Shown: positions 19,696 through 29,164, counted from the first letter of the stretch. The stretch is 64,000 nt of DNA from Candidatus Krumholzibacteriia bacterium (GCA_050174015.1 JBFXKG010000002.1:1-64000), one strand, 5' to 3'. Numbers and translations: made by a program. Notes: generated by a model from the letters alone, not told the origin.

Positions 19696-20970
19696 CTACT
19701 GCACCGTCTTCTTGATCCATTCGGTGGTCACGCTCTTGGGCCGCTCGATGGGCGAACCCATGGCGCGGTTGATGATCAGCTGGCTGAGCATGCCCATGGC
19801 GCGTGAGACGGAGAACAGCACGGTGTAGTAGCTGAACTCACGCAGGCCGTAGTGGTACAGCAGGGCGCCGCTGCCCGCATCGACGTTGGGCCAGGGGTTC
19901 TTGGCCTTGCCGTGCTCGGTGAGAACTCCCGGCACGATCTCGAAGACCTTGTTCACCAGGGCCATGACCGGATCGTCGGGGAAGTGCTTCATGCCGAAGG
20001 CCCTGAAGGCGGTGAAACGGGGATCGGTCACCCTCAGCACGGCGTGGCCGTAGCCGGGGATGACCTTGCCGCTGTTGAGGGTGTCCCAGGCGAACTGCGT
20101 GAGCTGCTCGTCAGTCGGCACGCCCTTGAACTCCTTCTTCAGTTCGAGCACCCAGTTCAGGCACTCCTGGTTGGCCAGACCGTGCAGGGGGCCCGCCAGG
20201 CCGTTCAGTCCGGCCGAGACGCTGTAGTAGGCGTCGCTCAGGGCCGAGCCCACCAGGTGGCAGGTGTGGGCCGAGACGTTGCCGCCCTCGTGGTCGCAGT
20301 GCAGCACCAGGTACAGCCTCATGCAGTCGGCGAACTCGCCGCTCTTGTCGGGGATGCCCAGCATGTGCGCGTAGTTCTCGGCCCAGGTCTTGTCCTTCTT
20401 GGGGCTGATCCGCTTGCCCTTCCTGAATCGCATGCGGTAGATCCCGGCGGCGATGGCGGGCAGCTTGGCCAGCAGGTCGAGGCTGTCCTCGAGGGTCGGC
20501 TGCCAGTAGTCCATCTTGCTCATGCCCTGGTTGTAGGCCTTGACGAACTTGCTCTCGCGCTGCATGCACAGGATGGCCGTGTCGAGCATGCACATGGGAT
20601 GGGAGTCGGCGGGCATGGCCTCGAGGACCTTCCACACGTAGGCCGGCACCCTTGCGCGGGCGGCCAGTTCCTCGGTCAGGGCGCGGCGGTCCTTGGCGTT
20701 GGGCAGTTCCCCGGTGCAGAGCAGGTAGAAGATGTCCTCGGGGGTCTTGTCCGTCAGGTCGCCGATGGGGGTGTTCCTCACCAGGAGACCCCGGTCCGGG
20801 GGTACTTCCGAGGTGTCGCAGACCATGGCCTTCACCCCGCGCATCCCACCGTAGGCCTGGGCGACCGTGGCCTCGCTGAGCACCTTGTCGCCTTTGGTCT
20901 TGACCAGGTCCCGGATCTCTTCCCGCCAGACGGGGATCTTCTTCGCGAGTGCATTCTGGAGCATGGCCAT
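19696..20970 (-). CDS. gltA: Citrate (Si)-synthase, eukaryote-like type
   Basis: YGGMRG, DHEGGNVSAHT, GLAGPLHGLANQE, PGYGHAVLRVTDPR, NPWPNVDA, YTVLFSVSRA. Confidence 0.92.
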   Translation of the reverse strand: MAMLQNALAKKIPVWREEIRDLVKTKGDKVLSEATVAQAYGGMRGVKAMVCDTSEVPPDRGLLVRNTPIGDLTDKTPEDIFYLLCTGELPNAKDRRALTEELAARARVPAYVWKVLEAMPADSHPMCMLDTAILCMQRESKFVKAYNQGMSKMDYWQPTLEDSLDLLAKLPAIAAGIYRMRFRKGKRISPKKDKTWAENYAHMLGIPDKSGEFADCMRLYLVLHCDHEGGNVSAHTCHLVGSALSDAYYSVSAGLNGLAGPLHGLANQECLNWVLELKKEFKGVPTDEQLTQFAWDTLNSGKVIPGYGHAVLRVTDPRFTAFRAFGMKHFPDDPVMALVNKVFEIVPGVLTEHGKAKNPWPNVDAGSGALLYHYGLREFSYYTVLFSVSRAMGMLSQLIINRAMGSPIERPKSVTTEWIKKTVQ

Positions 20971-21255
20971 GACGCCCTCCTTCTCCGATGTGGTTACCGG
21001 TCGGCCACGGGGGTCCGGACTCGCGGGCCCAGCGCGGCGCAGCCGCAGCCTGCCGGACGGCTAACCCCTATAGGTCAGAGGGGGTTTCCTCCTGGTCGGC
21101 TTCCGTGTCCTGAATGGATGCCACCTTAGCAGGTGCCCGTTATTATTTCAACACACTGTTGGGGGAGGTGCGGGTTTTTTTGTGGCAATTCGGGGTCCGG
21201 GGGATACATTTTAGGAATCTGCACGAACCGGGGACAACTCCTCCTGGAGGCCGTC

Positions 21256-21789
21256 ATGACCGACGATGTGAAAACCTGCCTGGAAATCCTGGAAAAGGCC
21301 ATCACTTTCGAGGAAGAGGGCATGGCCTTCTTCCAGGACCGCGCCCAGAACGCCCCCTCGGCCCTCGAGCGCAACCTCTTCAACAGCCTGGCCAAGGACG
21401 AGGCCGGCCACAAGGCCCACCTGATCCAGATCCGCGAGGACCTGCTGCGCGAGGGCACCGTGGACGTCCTGCCGGAAGTCTCGGAGGACCACGTGGCCAA
21501 CGTCCGCTCCATCTTCGAGAACGCCCTCGATGAAGCCAACGACCCCTACGACTTCCAGCTCGAGGAGCTCGAGATCCTCAAGGGGGCCATGGACGTCGAG
21601 CGCCGTGGCTACGGCATGTACGCCCAGGCCGCCGCGGACGTCACCTCCTCGCGCGCCAAGGAGCTCTTCCTGCACCTGGCCTCCGAGGAGCAGGACCATT
21701 TCACCCTGCTGAAGAACACCTTCGACTACATGTCCGACCCCGAGGGCTTCGACGGGTTCAACGGCAACCCGATGCTCGACGGCGGCTAG
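21256..21789 (+). CDS. Rubrerythrin/ferritin-like diiron protein
   Basis: Two repeats of E..(x)..LA.[DE]E..H (LAKDEAGH, LASEEQDH); GGAGG RBS. Confidence 0.85.
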   Translation: MTDDVKTCLEILEKAITFEEEGMAFFQDRAQNAPSALERNLFNSLAKDEAGHKAHLIQIREDLLREGTVDVLPEVSEDHVANVRSIFENALDEANDPYDFQLEELEILKGAMDVERRGYGMYAQAAADVTSSRAKELFLHLASEEQDHFTLLKNTFDYMSDPEGFDGFNGNPMLDGG

Positions 21790-21792
21790 CCC

Positions 21793-22830
21793 GTGGCCGA
21801 AGCCTCCCGCTGCGACTTCTTCCGCCGCGTCGTCGCCATGGCTCCCATGGCGACGGGCGGCAACCTCCCCTATCGTCGCCTGTGCCGCGAGTTCGGCGCC
21901 GTCCGCACCTGCAGCGAGATGGTGCTGGCCCACAAGCTGGTCAAGGGCGGCGACCGCCCCTTGCTGCGCCACCACGAGACCGAGACCGATTTCGGGGTCC
22001 AGCTGGCGGGCAAGCGCCCGGAGGTGGTCGCCGACGCGGTGAAGATCGCGGAGGATCACGGCGCCGCCTTCATCGACCTGAACTTCGGCTGTCCCATCGA
22101 CCTGGTCGTCAGGAAGGGCGCAGGTGCGGCGCTGCTTCGCCGGCCGGCCAAGCTCGGCGAGATCGTGGCCGCGGCCCGGGCCGCGACCGGACTGCCCCTG
22201 TCGGTCAAGATCCGGCTGGGGTATTCCGCCGATCAGATCAACTGCGTCAAGACCGCCGCCGCGGCGGTGGAGGCGGGGGCCGACGCGGTGGGGGTGCACG
22301 GCCGGACCCGCAGCCAGCGCTACCGGATGAGCGCGGACTGGAGCCTGATCGACGAGGTCGCCGCGGCCGTGTCCGTCCCCGTCCTGGGCAACGGCGACAT
22401 CTTCACCTGCTGGGACCTGGCGAAGCGGCGAACCGAGACCCGGGTGGAGTCGTTCCTCGTCGCCCGCGGCGCGCTGATCAAGCCCTGGATCTTCCGGGAG
22501 CTCGGCGAGGGCCGGCCCCTCGATCCCGACGCTCCCGCCCGCTGGAAGATCATGCGCCGGTACTTCGAACTGGCCTGCGAGCACTTCGGGGACGACGCCA
22601 AGGGGCTCGAGCGGGTCAAGCGGTTCTTCCTGTGGCACCTGGGCTTCTGGCACCGCCATTATCCCTGGACCAGGGAGGACTTCCTGGCCCACGCTCCCGA
22701 ATCCCTGCTCCAGGCCCGCAATCCCAGCATCGAGGGCGACCCCGAGGAGGAGCTCCTGGCCAGCAGCGACGCCGCCGACCACGAACGCATCTGGCGGCGT
22801 CTCCTTGACAGGGATCATCCCGGCGCCTAG
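21793..22830 (+). CDS. tRNA-dihydrouridine synthase family protein
   Basis: MAPM, IDLNFGCP, GAGAALL, SVKIRLG, VHGRT, LGNGDI, ARGALIKPWIF. Confidence 0.9.
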   Translation: MAEASRCDFFRRVVAMAPMATGGNLPYRRLCREFGAVRTCSEMVLAHKLVKGGDRPLLRHHETETDFGVQLAGKRPEVVADAVKIAEDHGAAFIDLNFGCPIDLVVRKGAGAALLRRPAKLGEIVAAARAATGLPLSVKIRLGYSADQINCVKTAAAAVEAGADAVGVHGRTRSQRYRMSADWSLIDEVAAAVSVPVLGNGDIFTCWDLAKRRTETRVESFLVARGALIKPWIFRELGEGRPLDPDAPARWKIMRRYFELACEHFGDDAKGLERVKRFFLWHLGFWHRHYPWTREDFLAHAPESLLQARNPSIEGDPEEELLASSDAADHERIWRRLLDRDHPGA

Positions 22831-22833
22831 AGT
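22805..22833 (+). promoter_or_regulatory. Sigma70 promoter of the cobalamin-uptake operon, inside the 3' end of dus
   Basis: TTGACA-N17-TAGAGT just upstream of the riboswitch. Confidence 0.65.
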
Positions 22834-22878
22834 GGCCTTGCCGTCCGGTTCCGCCGGACGGGACATCCCGAATCATGC

Positions 22879-23047
22879 GGCCTGCAAACCAGCGGAAGTC
22901 CGGTGAGAATCCGGCGCGGCCCCGCCACTGTAAGCGGCGACGAAAGCTGCAAGTGCCACTGATCCCGGTCCGATCGATCCGATCGCGAGGGGTTGGGAAG
23001 GCGCAGCCAGTAGAACGACCCGCAAGCCAGGAGACCGGTTTCAGGCC
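22879..23047 (+). ncRNA. Cobalamin (B12) riboswitch
   Basis: GGAAGTCCGGTGAGAATCCGG, GCCCCGCCACTGTAA, GCCACTG...GGGAAGG, B12 box AGCCAGGAGACC; closing helix GGCCTG(C)AAACC/GGTTTCAGGCC; upstream of a TonB receptor. Confidence 0.92.
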
Positions 23048-23071
23048 TGCCACCACCTTCGTGGGCGAGGT

Positions 23072-25153
23072 ATGGCCGTGGCGCGTTCTCCTGGCAGGGG
23101 ACCCTCTTCTCCGTCCATTGAAATCCTGTTGTCCGTGGCCCTCTGCCTCGGGGCATGGCCCTGTGCGGCGATCCCGGCTCCTCCGCTCGCCGCCGGCAGC
23201 GCCCTGGGGATCGCCTGGCGCGACACGCTCGTGGTGGCCGCGTCGGGCCTGACCCGTCAGGCGCCGGTTCCGGGACCCGGCCTGGTGACCAGGATCGACC
23301 TGTCCGGCGAGGGGGGCTCCGGCGACCTCGCCGATCTGCTGGCCTCGGTGGCGGGGGTCCAGGTCCGCCGATTCGGGGGGATGGGCTCGGGCGCGGTGCC
23401 ATCCATCCACGGGTCCAGCGCCGCCCAGGTCAGGCTCTTCATCGACGGCCTGGCCCTCGAGGGCAGCGAATGGGGCGCGGGGGACCTGGCCCGCCTGCCT
23501 CTGGCCCGGTTCTCCTCCGCGGAGGTCCACCGGGGCGTGATCCCCGGCCGGCTCGGGGGAGGGGGCGGGGCCGGGGCCATCAACCTGATCACTTGTTCGA
23601 CCGGAGGCGGGTCCGGGATCGGTCTTGCCACCGGTTCGTTCGGGGACCGGGGGGGGCGGGCGCACTGGGCCGGCGGCAAGCCCGGGGGCGCGGAGATCCT
23701 GGTGCTGGCCCACGGGCGCCGCATCGACAACGACTACGCCTACCGGGACCACCTGCAGACCTTCAACCGGACCGACGACGACACCACCGCCGTGCGCCGC
23801 AACGCCCAGTGGGAGGAGTGGGGGGGCTGGACCAGCGTCCGGATGCCCTGGGGGGATCTCGGCTGCAAGGCGGGCGCCGGCCTCTACCGGCGGGACGGCG
23901 GCCGGCCAGGTCCCAGCGGGGCGCCCACCCCCGAGGCCTCGGTGAGCCTGCGGCGGCTGGACGGCCGGCTGGACCTCGACTGGCGGGAGGGGCTCCTGCG
24001 GCTGGAGGCGGGCGCGGTCCGGCGCGGGGAGGTCCTCCACGACGACCGGGGGCAGGTGCAACCCGGCTTCACGGGCGTGACCTGGTCGCGGAGCCACGAT
24101 CTCAGCGCCCGGTTGACGTGGGCGCCCAGCCTGGCGGAAGCCCCCGCCGGGGGGGCCCTGCCGGGAGTCGATCTGCGGGCCGGCCTGGAGGGCAGGCGCC
24201 AGGACTTCCGCCAGTGGTGGAACGCCGAGGCGGATCCCCGCCGGAACCGGTCCACGGTCATCCTGTTCGCCGAGACGGTCCTCGCCGCCGGGGCGGGACG
24301 CCTCCAGGTCACCCCCGGCTGGCGGTGGCGGCGCAGCGTGGACGACTTCCCGCCCGTTCCGGCCTTCTACCTCATCCCCGAGCAACAGAACGTCCGGCAC
24401 GAGGACCAGGACGTCTCCCCGTCCCTGGGCGTGGTGTGGGAGCTGCGGCGGGGCGTCCTCTACCTGGAGGGGTCCGCCGCCCGCACGGTCCGCGAACCCA
24501 GCTGGGTCGAGTTGTTCGGCCACCGAGGGGGACTCAGCGGCAACCGCGAACTCGAGGCCGAGGACCTGGAGTCCTGGGGACTCGGCTGCAGCTGGAGTCC
24601 CGCAGGCCTTCCCGTGAGCGGCCGGCTCGGATGGTTCTCCTCCCATGCCGACCAGACCATCGTCTACGAGCAGAACAGCCCGGGCACCAGCCGCCCCCTC
24701 AACGCCGGGGCCAGTGCGACCCGGGGGCTGGAGGCCGAGGTGCTGGGCCAGGGGCCCTGGGGGCTGTCCTGGTCCTGCAACCTGACCTGGCAGCGGGCGC
24801 GGGACCGCAGCGGCATCGCCCCCTACGACGGCAAGGACCTGCCCTATCTGCCCCCCCTCGAGTTCTGGCTGGGGATCCGCAGGGACGAGGGCGCCTGGCG
24901 GCCCTCCCTGACGCTGATCACCGAGAGCGCGAACTACCGGGACCGGGCCAACACGGCGGCCGACCGGGCGCCGACCCGCACCGTCCTGAACCTGGGCCTG
25001 AGCCGGGTGGCGACCGGCCGCCTGGCCGGGCGCCCCGTCGAGTACCGGATCACCGCCGAGGTGATCAACCTCACCGACGACGACGTCTACGACGTCGAAG
25101 GCTATCCCCTGCCCGGGCGCAACTGGCGCGCCGGGTTCCAGTGCGATTTCTGA
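23072..25153 (+). CDS. TonB-dependent receptor, probable cobalamin transporter (BtuB-like)
   Basis: Plug domain (DLL..VAGVQVRRFGG.G...SIHGS...QV..FIDG; GAGAINLIT), beta-barrel, C-terminal GYPLPGRNW...F; follows the B12 riboswitch; true start may be GTG 23078. Confidence 0.85.
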   Translation: MAVARSPGRGPSSPSIEILLSVALCLGAWPCAAIPAPPLAAGSALGIAWRDTLVVAASGLTRQAPVPGPGLVTRIDLSGEGGSGDLADLLASVAGVQVRRFGGMGSGAVPSIHGSSAAQVRLFIDGLALEGSEWGAGDLARLPLARFSSAEVHRGVIPGRLGGGGGAGAINLITCSTGGGSGIGLATGSFGDRGGRAHWAGGKPGGAEILVLAHGRRIDNDYAYRDHLQTFNRTDDDTTAVRRNAQWEEWGGWTSVRMPWGDLGCKAGAGLYRRDGGRPGPSGAPTPEASVSLRRLDGRLDLDWREGLLRLEAGAVRRGEVLHDDRGQVQPGFTGVTWSRSHDLSARLTWAPSLAEAPAGGALPGVDLRAGLEGRRQDFRQWWNAEADPRRNRSTVILFAETVLAAGAGRLQVTPGWRWRRSVDDFPPVPAFYLIPEQQNVRHEDQDVSPSLGVVWELRRGVLYLEGSAARTVREPSWVELFGHRGGLSGNRELEAEDLESWGLGCSWSPAGLPVSGRLGWFSSHADQTIVYEQNSPGTSRPLNAGASATRGLEAEVLGQGPWGLSWSCNLTWQRARDRSGIAPYDGKDLPYLPPLEFWLGIRRDEGAWRPSLTLITESANYRDRANTAADRAPTRTVLNLGLSRVATGRLAGRPVEYRITAEVINLTDDDVYDVEGYPLPGRNWRAGFQCDF

Positions 25154-25176
25154 CCCGATCCTGAAGGGACGACGAC

Positions 25177-26607
25177 ATGACGACCACACCCCGACGCGAA
25201 GGCCCCGCTCTTACCGCCAGCCTGGCGGTCGCCCTGCTCCTGTCCCTCGCGGCGGCCGCAGCCGCGCAGGACGACGCCTGGGTGCTCACCACCGACTATT
25301 CCACCTTCGGCCGGATCCGGGGGCTGCAGGCGGGTTCGCCGTGGACGGTCGGCCCCGAACGGGCCACCGTGCCCGGCGACGCCGTCGGCCGCCACCACGA
25401 CGGGCTGGTCTACATCGTGGGCCGAGGCGCGGCGAACGTCATCCAGGTCTACGATCCGCAGGACGGATTCTCCCTGGTGAGGGAGTTCAGCGTGGGGGCG
25501 GGCCGCAATCCCCAGGACATCGCCTTCGCTGCCGACGGGACGGCGTTCGTCAGCTGCTACGACCAGGCCGTCCTGCTGGAGGTTGACGTGGAGGCGGGGG
25601 CGGTGGTGGCGACCCATTCCACGGCGGCCTTCGCCGACGCCGACGGGATCCCCGAGACCGGCTGGATGGCCCGGGTGCAGGACCGCCTGTACGTCACGGC
25701 CCAGCTGCTGGACCGCAGCAACTGGTACGTGCCCTCGGGCCCCGGAGCGATCCTGGTCTTCGACACCGTGCAGCGGACGTGGGTGGACATGGATGCGTCG
25801 CTCGCGGGCGTTCAGCCCATCGCGCTGGTCGGGGCGGATCCCTACACGGCCCTGGACGTCTTCGGCGCGGGTGGGTCCCTGCACGCACGCGTGGGCTGCG
25901 TCGGGTTCTTCGGGATCGCCGACGGGGGGATCGAGGAGATCGATCTGTCCGCCGGGCTGTCCCTGGGCTACGTGGCCACCGAGGCCCAGCTGGGCGGGGA
26001 CGTGACCCGGTTCGTGGCCGGAAACGGGGCCCTTTACGCCCTGGTCAGCGATGCGGCCTTCGTGACCAGCGTGCGACGCTGGGACCTGCAGTCCGGTTCC
26101 CTGGAGGTCTGGGCCACGGGGTCGGGGTACGTCCATGCGGATCTGGTGCTCACCGGGGACGGGATGCTCCTGGTGGCCGATCGCACCACGGGGGCGGCGG
26201 GGATGAGGGTCTTCGACTCGGCCACCGGACAGGAGATCACCCTGAACCCGGATCCCACCGGGCTGCCGCCCTTCCTGTTCGTCATGCCCGGGACCGAAGC
26301 GGTCGCTCCGGTCCCCGCTCCCGCCCGGCCCGGATTGGCGGTGTCCGGGGCCTACCCCAACCCCTGCAATCCCGCGGCCCGGATCGAGATCCGGGGGGCG
26401 GCCGGCGCCGCGCTGGTGGTCCAGGTCTTCGACGTGCGCGGGCGCCTGGTCGACCACGTACAGTTGACCGCCGACGGACAAGGCCGCGCCGTCTACAGGT
26501 TCGCGGGGCGGTCTGCCGCCGGACGGCCCCTGGCTTCGGGCGTCTACCGGGTGCGCGTCCAGGGGTCGGGCCAGGCGGTCGAGACCCGGCTCACGTTGCT
26601 GGAATAG
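25177..26607 (+). CDS. Secreted YncE/BtuG-like beta-propeller with FlgD-type C-terminal domain
   Basis: Signal peptide; blade-like repeats (VYIVGR..NVIQVYD, NPQDIAF...AFVSCY, RLYVTAQLLDR); YPNPCNP...VFDVRGRLV...ASGVYRV. Confidence 0.75.
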   Translation: MTTTPRREGPALTASLAVALLLSLAAAAAAQDDAWVLTTDYSTFGRIRGLQAGSPWTVGPERATVPGDAVGRHHDGLVYIVGRGAANVIQVYDPQDGFSLVREFSVGAGRNPQDIAFAADGTAFVSCYDQAVLLEVDVEAGAVVATHSTAAFADADGIPETGWMARVQDRLYVTAQLLDRSNWYVPSGPGAILVFDTVQRTWVDMDASLAGVQPIALVGADPYTALDVFGAGGSLHARVGCVGFFGIADGGIEEIDLSAGLSLGYVATEAQLGGDVTRFVAGNGALYALVSDAAFVTSVRRWDLQSGSLEVWATGSGYVHADLVLTGDGMLLVADRTTGAAGMRVFDSATGQEITLNPDPTGLPPFLFVMPGTEAVAPVPAPARPGLAVSGAYPNPCNPAARIEIRGAAGAALVVQVFDVRGRLVDHVQLTADGQGRAVYRFAGRSAAGRPLASGVYRVRVQGSGQAVETRLTLLE

Positions 26608-26713
26608 TCGCGACCGGGGGCGGGGGGAGGATTTCCTTTCCCATCGCCGGACGATGGGGCATTATTGGCGGGCCGGCTCCGGACCGGCGGAAAACCCTCG
26701 AAAGGAACCGACC

Positions 26714-27325
26714 ATGGCGCGCATCTACACCCGGACCGGTGACGGCGGGGAGACTTCCCTCGGCGACGGATCGCGGGTGCCGAAATCCGTGGACCGGATC
26801 GACGTCTACGGCGAGATCGACGAGCTCAACAGCGTGCTGGGCTGCTGCCTGCCCCATCTGGATCCTGACGGTCCCCCCGCCGTCCGGGCCGTCCGGGCCG
26901 CCCTCCAGGACACCCAGAGCAGCCTGTTCGATCTGGGGGCGGTCCTGGCGCATCCGGGTCGCAGCCGGGAGCTGGCGGCCGCCGACGCACCCAATCCGTT
27001 CCCCATCCGTCGCCTGGAGATCCTGATCGACAGCCTGACCCGGGATCTGCCGCCCCTGCGGAACTTCATCCTGCCCGGGGGAACCCCCGCTGCGGGATTC
27101 CTGCACCTCGGCCGGACCGTCTGCCGCCGGGCCGAGCGCAAGGCCGTGGCCCTGGTGGCGTCCGAGCCCGTCCCCGCCCACGCGGTAACCTACCTGAACC
27201 GGCTGAGCGACTTCCTCTTCACGGCCGCGCGGGCGGTGAACGCTGCGGCCGGCGTGGCGGACGTGCCCTGGCGTCCGGCTCCCGCTCCGGAGCCCCCGGC
27301 CGACGGACCCGAGGCCCCGCGTTGA
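26714..27325 (+). CDS. ATP:cob(I)alamin adenosyltransferase, PduO type
   Basis: IYTRTGDGGET, YGEIDELNS, QSSLFDLGA, FILPGG, RTVCRRAER, YLNRLSDFLF. Confidence 0.92.
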   Translation: MARIYTRTGDGGETSLGDGSRVPKSVDRIDVYGEIDELNSVLGCCLPHLDPDGPPAVRAVRAALQDTQSSLFDLGAVLAHPGRSRELAAADAPNPFPIRRLEILIDSLTRDLPPLRNFILPGGTPAAGFLHLGRTVCRRAERKAVALVASEPVPAHAVTYLNRLSDFLFTAARAVNAAAGVADVPWRPAPAPEPPADGPEAPR

Positions 27326-27420
27326 TCTTCGGCTGGATGTTTTCCCTGGATGGGGCGAATAGTCCCGGCGGCGGAGGGGTATCTCCTTCATCCCCGCGCA
27401 TTCCGGCGGGGGGTGACGCC

Positions 27421-27984
27421 TTGCCCGAGGATCCGGATCGCCGGCGCGACCGGCAGGACATCCAGCGGTTCCTGGAGGGCGAGGCCCGCGGATTCGAGGA
27501 ACTGATGGAACGCTACCGCACCCGGGCCTACGGCATCGCCCTGGGCCTGACCGGGAACCACGACGACGCGATGGACGCCGTCCAGAAGGCCTTCATCCGC
27601 ATCCACCGGTCCCTGGACCGGTTCCGGCTGGATGAGCCTTTCTTTCCCTGGCTCTACCGGATCGTGCGCAACGCAGCCCTCAACCAGAAGCGCGACGAGA
27701 AGCGGCACCGGGGGGAGATCCCCCTGGAATACGTCAAGCAGGCCGACGGCAGACCGGACCCCCTGCAGGACGCGGTGGCCGGCGACCTGAAGGAACGGCT
27801 CTGGCAGGGGTTGCAGGCGATGCCGGCCGACTTGCGCGAGGTCTTCATGCTCTACCATTTCCAGGGGCTGAGGTACCGGGAGATCGCCGCCGCGGTGGAC
27901 GTTCCCATCGGCACGGTCATGTCGCGGCTCCACGCCGCCCGGATGCGGTTGCGCGGCGCCGTGGGGCTGGAGGAGGAATCGTGA
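27421..27984 (+). CDS. ECF RNA polymerase sigma factor
   Basis: DAMDAVQKAFIR, FFPWLYRIVRN, YREIAAAVDVPIGTVMSRLHAAR; start uncertain (27322-27421). Confidence 0.9.
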   Translation: MPEDPDRRRDRQDIQRFLEGEARGFEELMERYRTRAYGIALGLTGNHDDAMDAVQKAFIRIHRSLDRFRLDEPFFPWLYRIVRNAALNQKRDEKRHRGEIPLEYVKQADGRPDPLQDAVAGDLKERLWQGLQAMPADLREVFMLYHFQGLRYREIAAAVDVPIGTVMSRLHAARMRLRGAVGLEEES

Positions 27985-28445
27985 TCAGGAGCGGGCCGTT
28001 CGATCCCAGGGAAGACGCCCATCTGCTGAGCGCCTACCTGGACGGCGAACTCGATGCGGCGGACGATGCCTGGGTGGCGAAGGTCCTCCAGGAGAGCCCG
28101 GAGGCCCGCAGGATCTTCGCCGAACTGAAGCAGGTCAAGGACCTCGCAGGCGCCATGCGCCTCAAGGAGGCGCCGCCCGAGGCCTGGGAAGGCTTCCGGG
28201 ACAGCATCTACAACCGCGGAGAGCGGTCGCTGGGCTGGCTGCTGCTGATCACGGGGGCGGCCCTGGTCGCCGGCTGGGGCGCCCTGCAACTGGTCGCCGC
28301 GATCTGGAACGAACCGGATCTGCCTGGCCCGGTCCGGTTCGGCATCCTGGGGGTCGTGGCGGGCCTGGCCCTGCTGCTGCTCTCGGTGGTCAGGGAACGC
28401 ATCCACACCAGGCGCCGGACCAGGTACAAGGACGTCATCCGCTGA
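27981..28445 (+). CDS. Membrane anti-sigma factor
   Basis: LLSAYLDGEL anti-sigma motif, two TM helices, GTGA overlap with the ECF gene. Confidence 0.8.
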   Translation: MIRSGPFDPREDAHLLSAYLDGELDAADDAWVAKVLQESPEARRIFAELKQVKDLAGAMRLKEAPPEAWEGFRDSIYNRGERSLGWLLLITGAALVAGWGALQLVAAIWNEPDLPGPVRFGILGVVAGLALLLLSVVRERIHTRRRTRYKDVIR

Positions 28446-28488
28446 CCGCGGAGGACGTCTTCCCCTTCACATCGAGTCGAGGTCGAGC

Positions 28489-28830
28489 ATGAGCGAATCC
28501 ATGATGGTGGTGACCACCCACACGATTGCCGGCAAGCGGATCGTCAGGACGATCGGGCTGGTCCGTGGCAACACGATCCGGGCCCGGAACCTCGGGCACG
28601 ACATCCTGGCCGGACTGAGGAACATGGTGGGTGGCGAGATCAGCGACTACACCAAGATGATCGCCGAGTGCCGGGAAGAGGCGCTGGACCGCATGATCGC
28701 CCAGGCCGCGGCCAACGGCGCCAACGCGGTTGTGGGCGTACGGTTCGCCACCAGCGAGATGATGGAGCACGCAGCCGAGCTGCTCGCCTACGGAACGGCC
28801 GTGGTCGTGGAGGACGACCTTCAGGCCTGA
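28489..28830 (+). CDS. YbjQ/UPF0145-family protein
   Basis: GLVRGNTIRAR, GGEISDYT, GANAVVGVRF, ELLAYGTAV. Confidence 0.9.
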   Translation: MSESMMVVTTHTIAGKRIVRTIGLVRGNTIRARNLGHDILAGLRNMVGGEISDYTKMIAECREEALDRMIAQAAANGANAVVGVRFATSEMMEHAAELLAYGTAVVVEDDLQA

Positions 28831-28853
28831 CCCGGGCGGCTTGCGGACCGGGA

Positions 28854-28881
28854 AAAAGGGCGCTCGCGGGAGCGCCCTTTT
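28854..28881. terminator. Bidirectional intrinsic terminator
   Basis: AAAAGGGCGCTC-gcgg-GAGCGCCCTTTT between convergent genes. Confidence 0.8.
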
Positions 28882-28924
28882 CTTATCCAGTCTCCGGTGC
28901 CGATCAAAGCCCGCAGGGGCTTTC

Positions 28925-29104
28925 CTACTCGTCCACCATGCTGATGGCGCCCTCGGGGCAGGCGTCGATGCAGGCTTCGCAGTCGATGCACTCCTCGGGG
29001 TTGACCCAGGCATGGCCGTCGACCATGGAGATGACCTCGGTCGGGCAGGCCTCGACACACTCTTCGCAGGCGGTGCACTTGGTTTCGTCAACCTTAGCGG
29101 GCAT
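28925..29104 (-). CDS. 2x[4Fe-4S] ferredoxin
   Basis: CTACEECVEACP and CIDCEACIDACP; AGGAGG RBS. Confidence 0.92.
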   Translation of the reverse strand: MPAKVDETKCTACEECVEACPTEVISMVDGHAWVNPEECIDCEACIDACPEGAISMVDE

Positions 29105-29164
29105 TGCTGATCCTCCTAGGGACAATTGATCGGGACCGCGTTGGACGGCCTGGAACTGCCACAA

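Noticed and set aside
15704..19720. Very long antisense and alternate-frame ORFs (e.g. 1338 aa minus; also 7161-10121, 10366-13131, 22616-25189, 35820-37853)
   Set aside because: Shadow ORFs expected in high-GC DNA; they overlap well-supported genes and have no recognisable motifs
21787..21795. Ferritin-like gene TAG-CCC-GTG in frame with dus (possible amber read-through or pyrrolysine)
   Set aside because: Both proteins are complete alone; a 3-nt gap is in frame by chance; no pyl context
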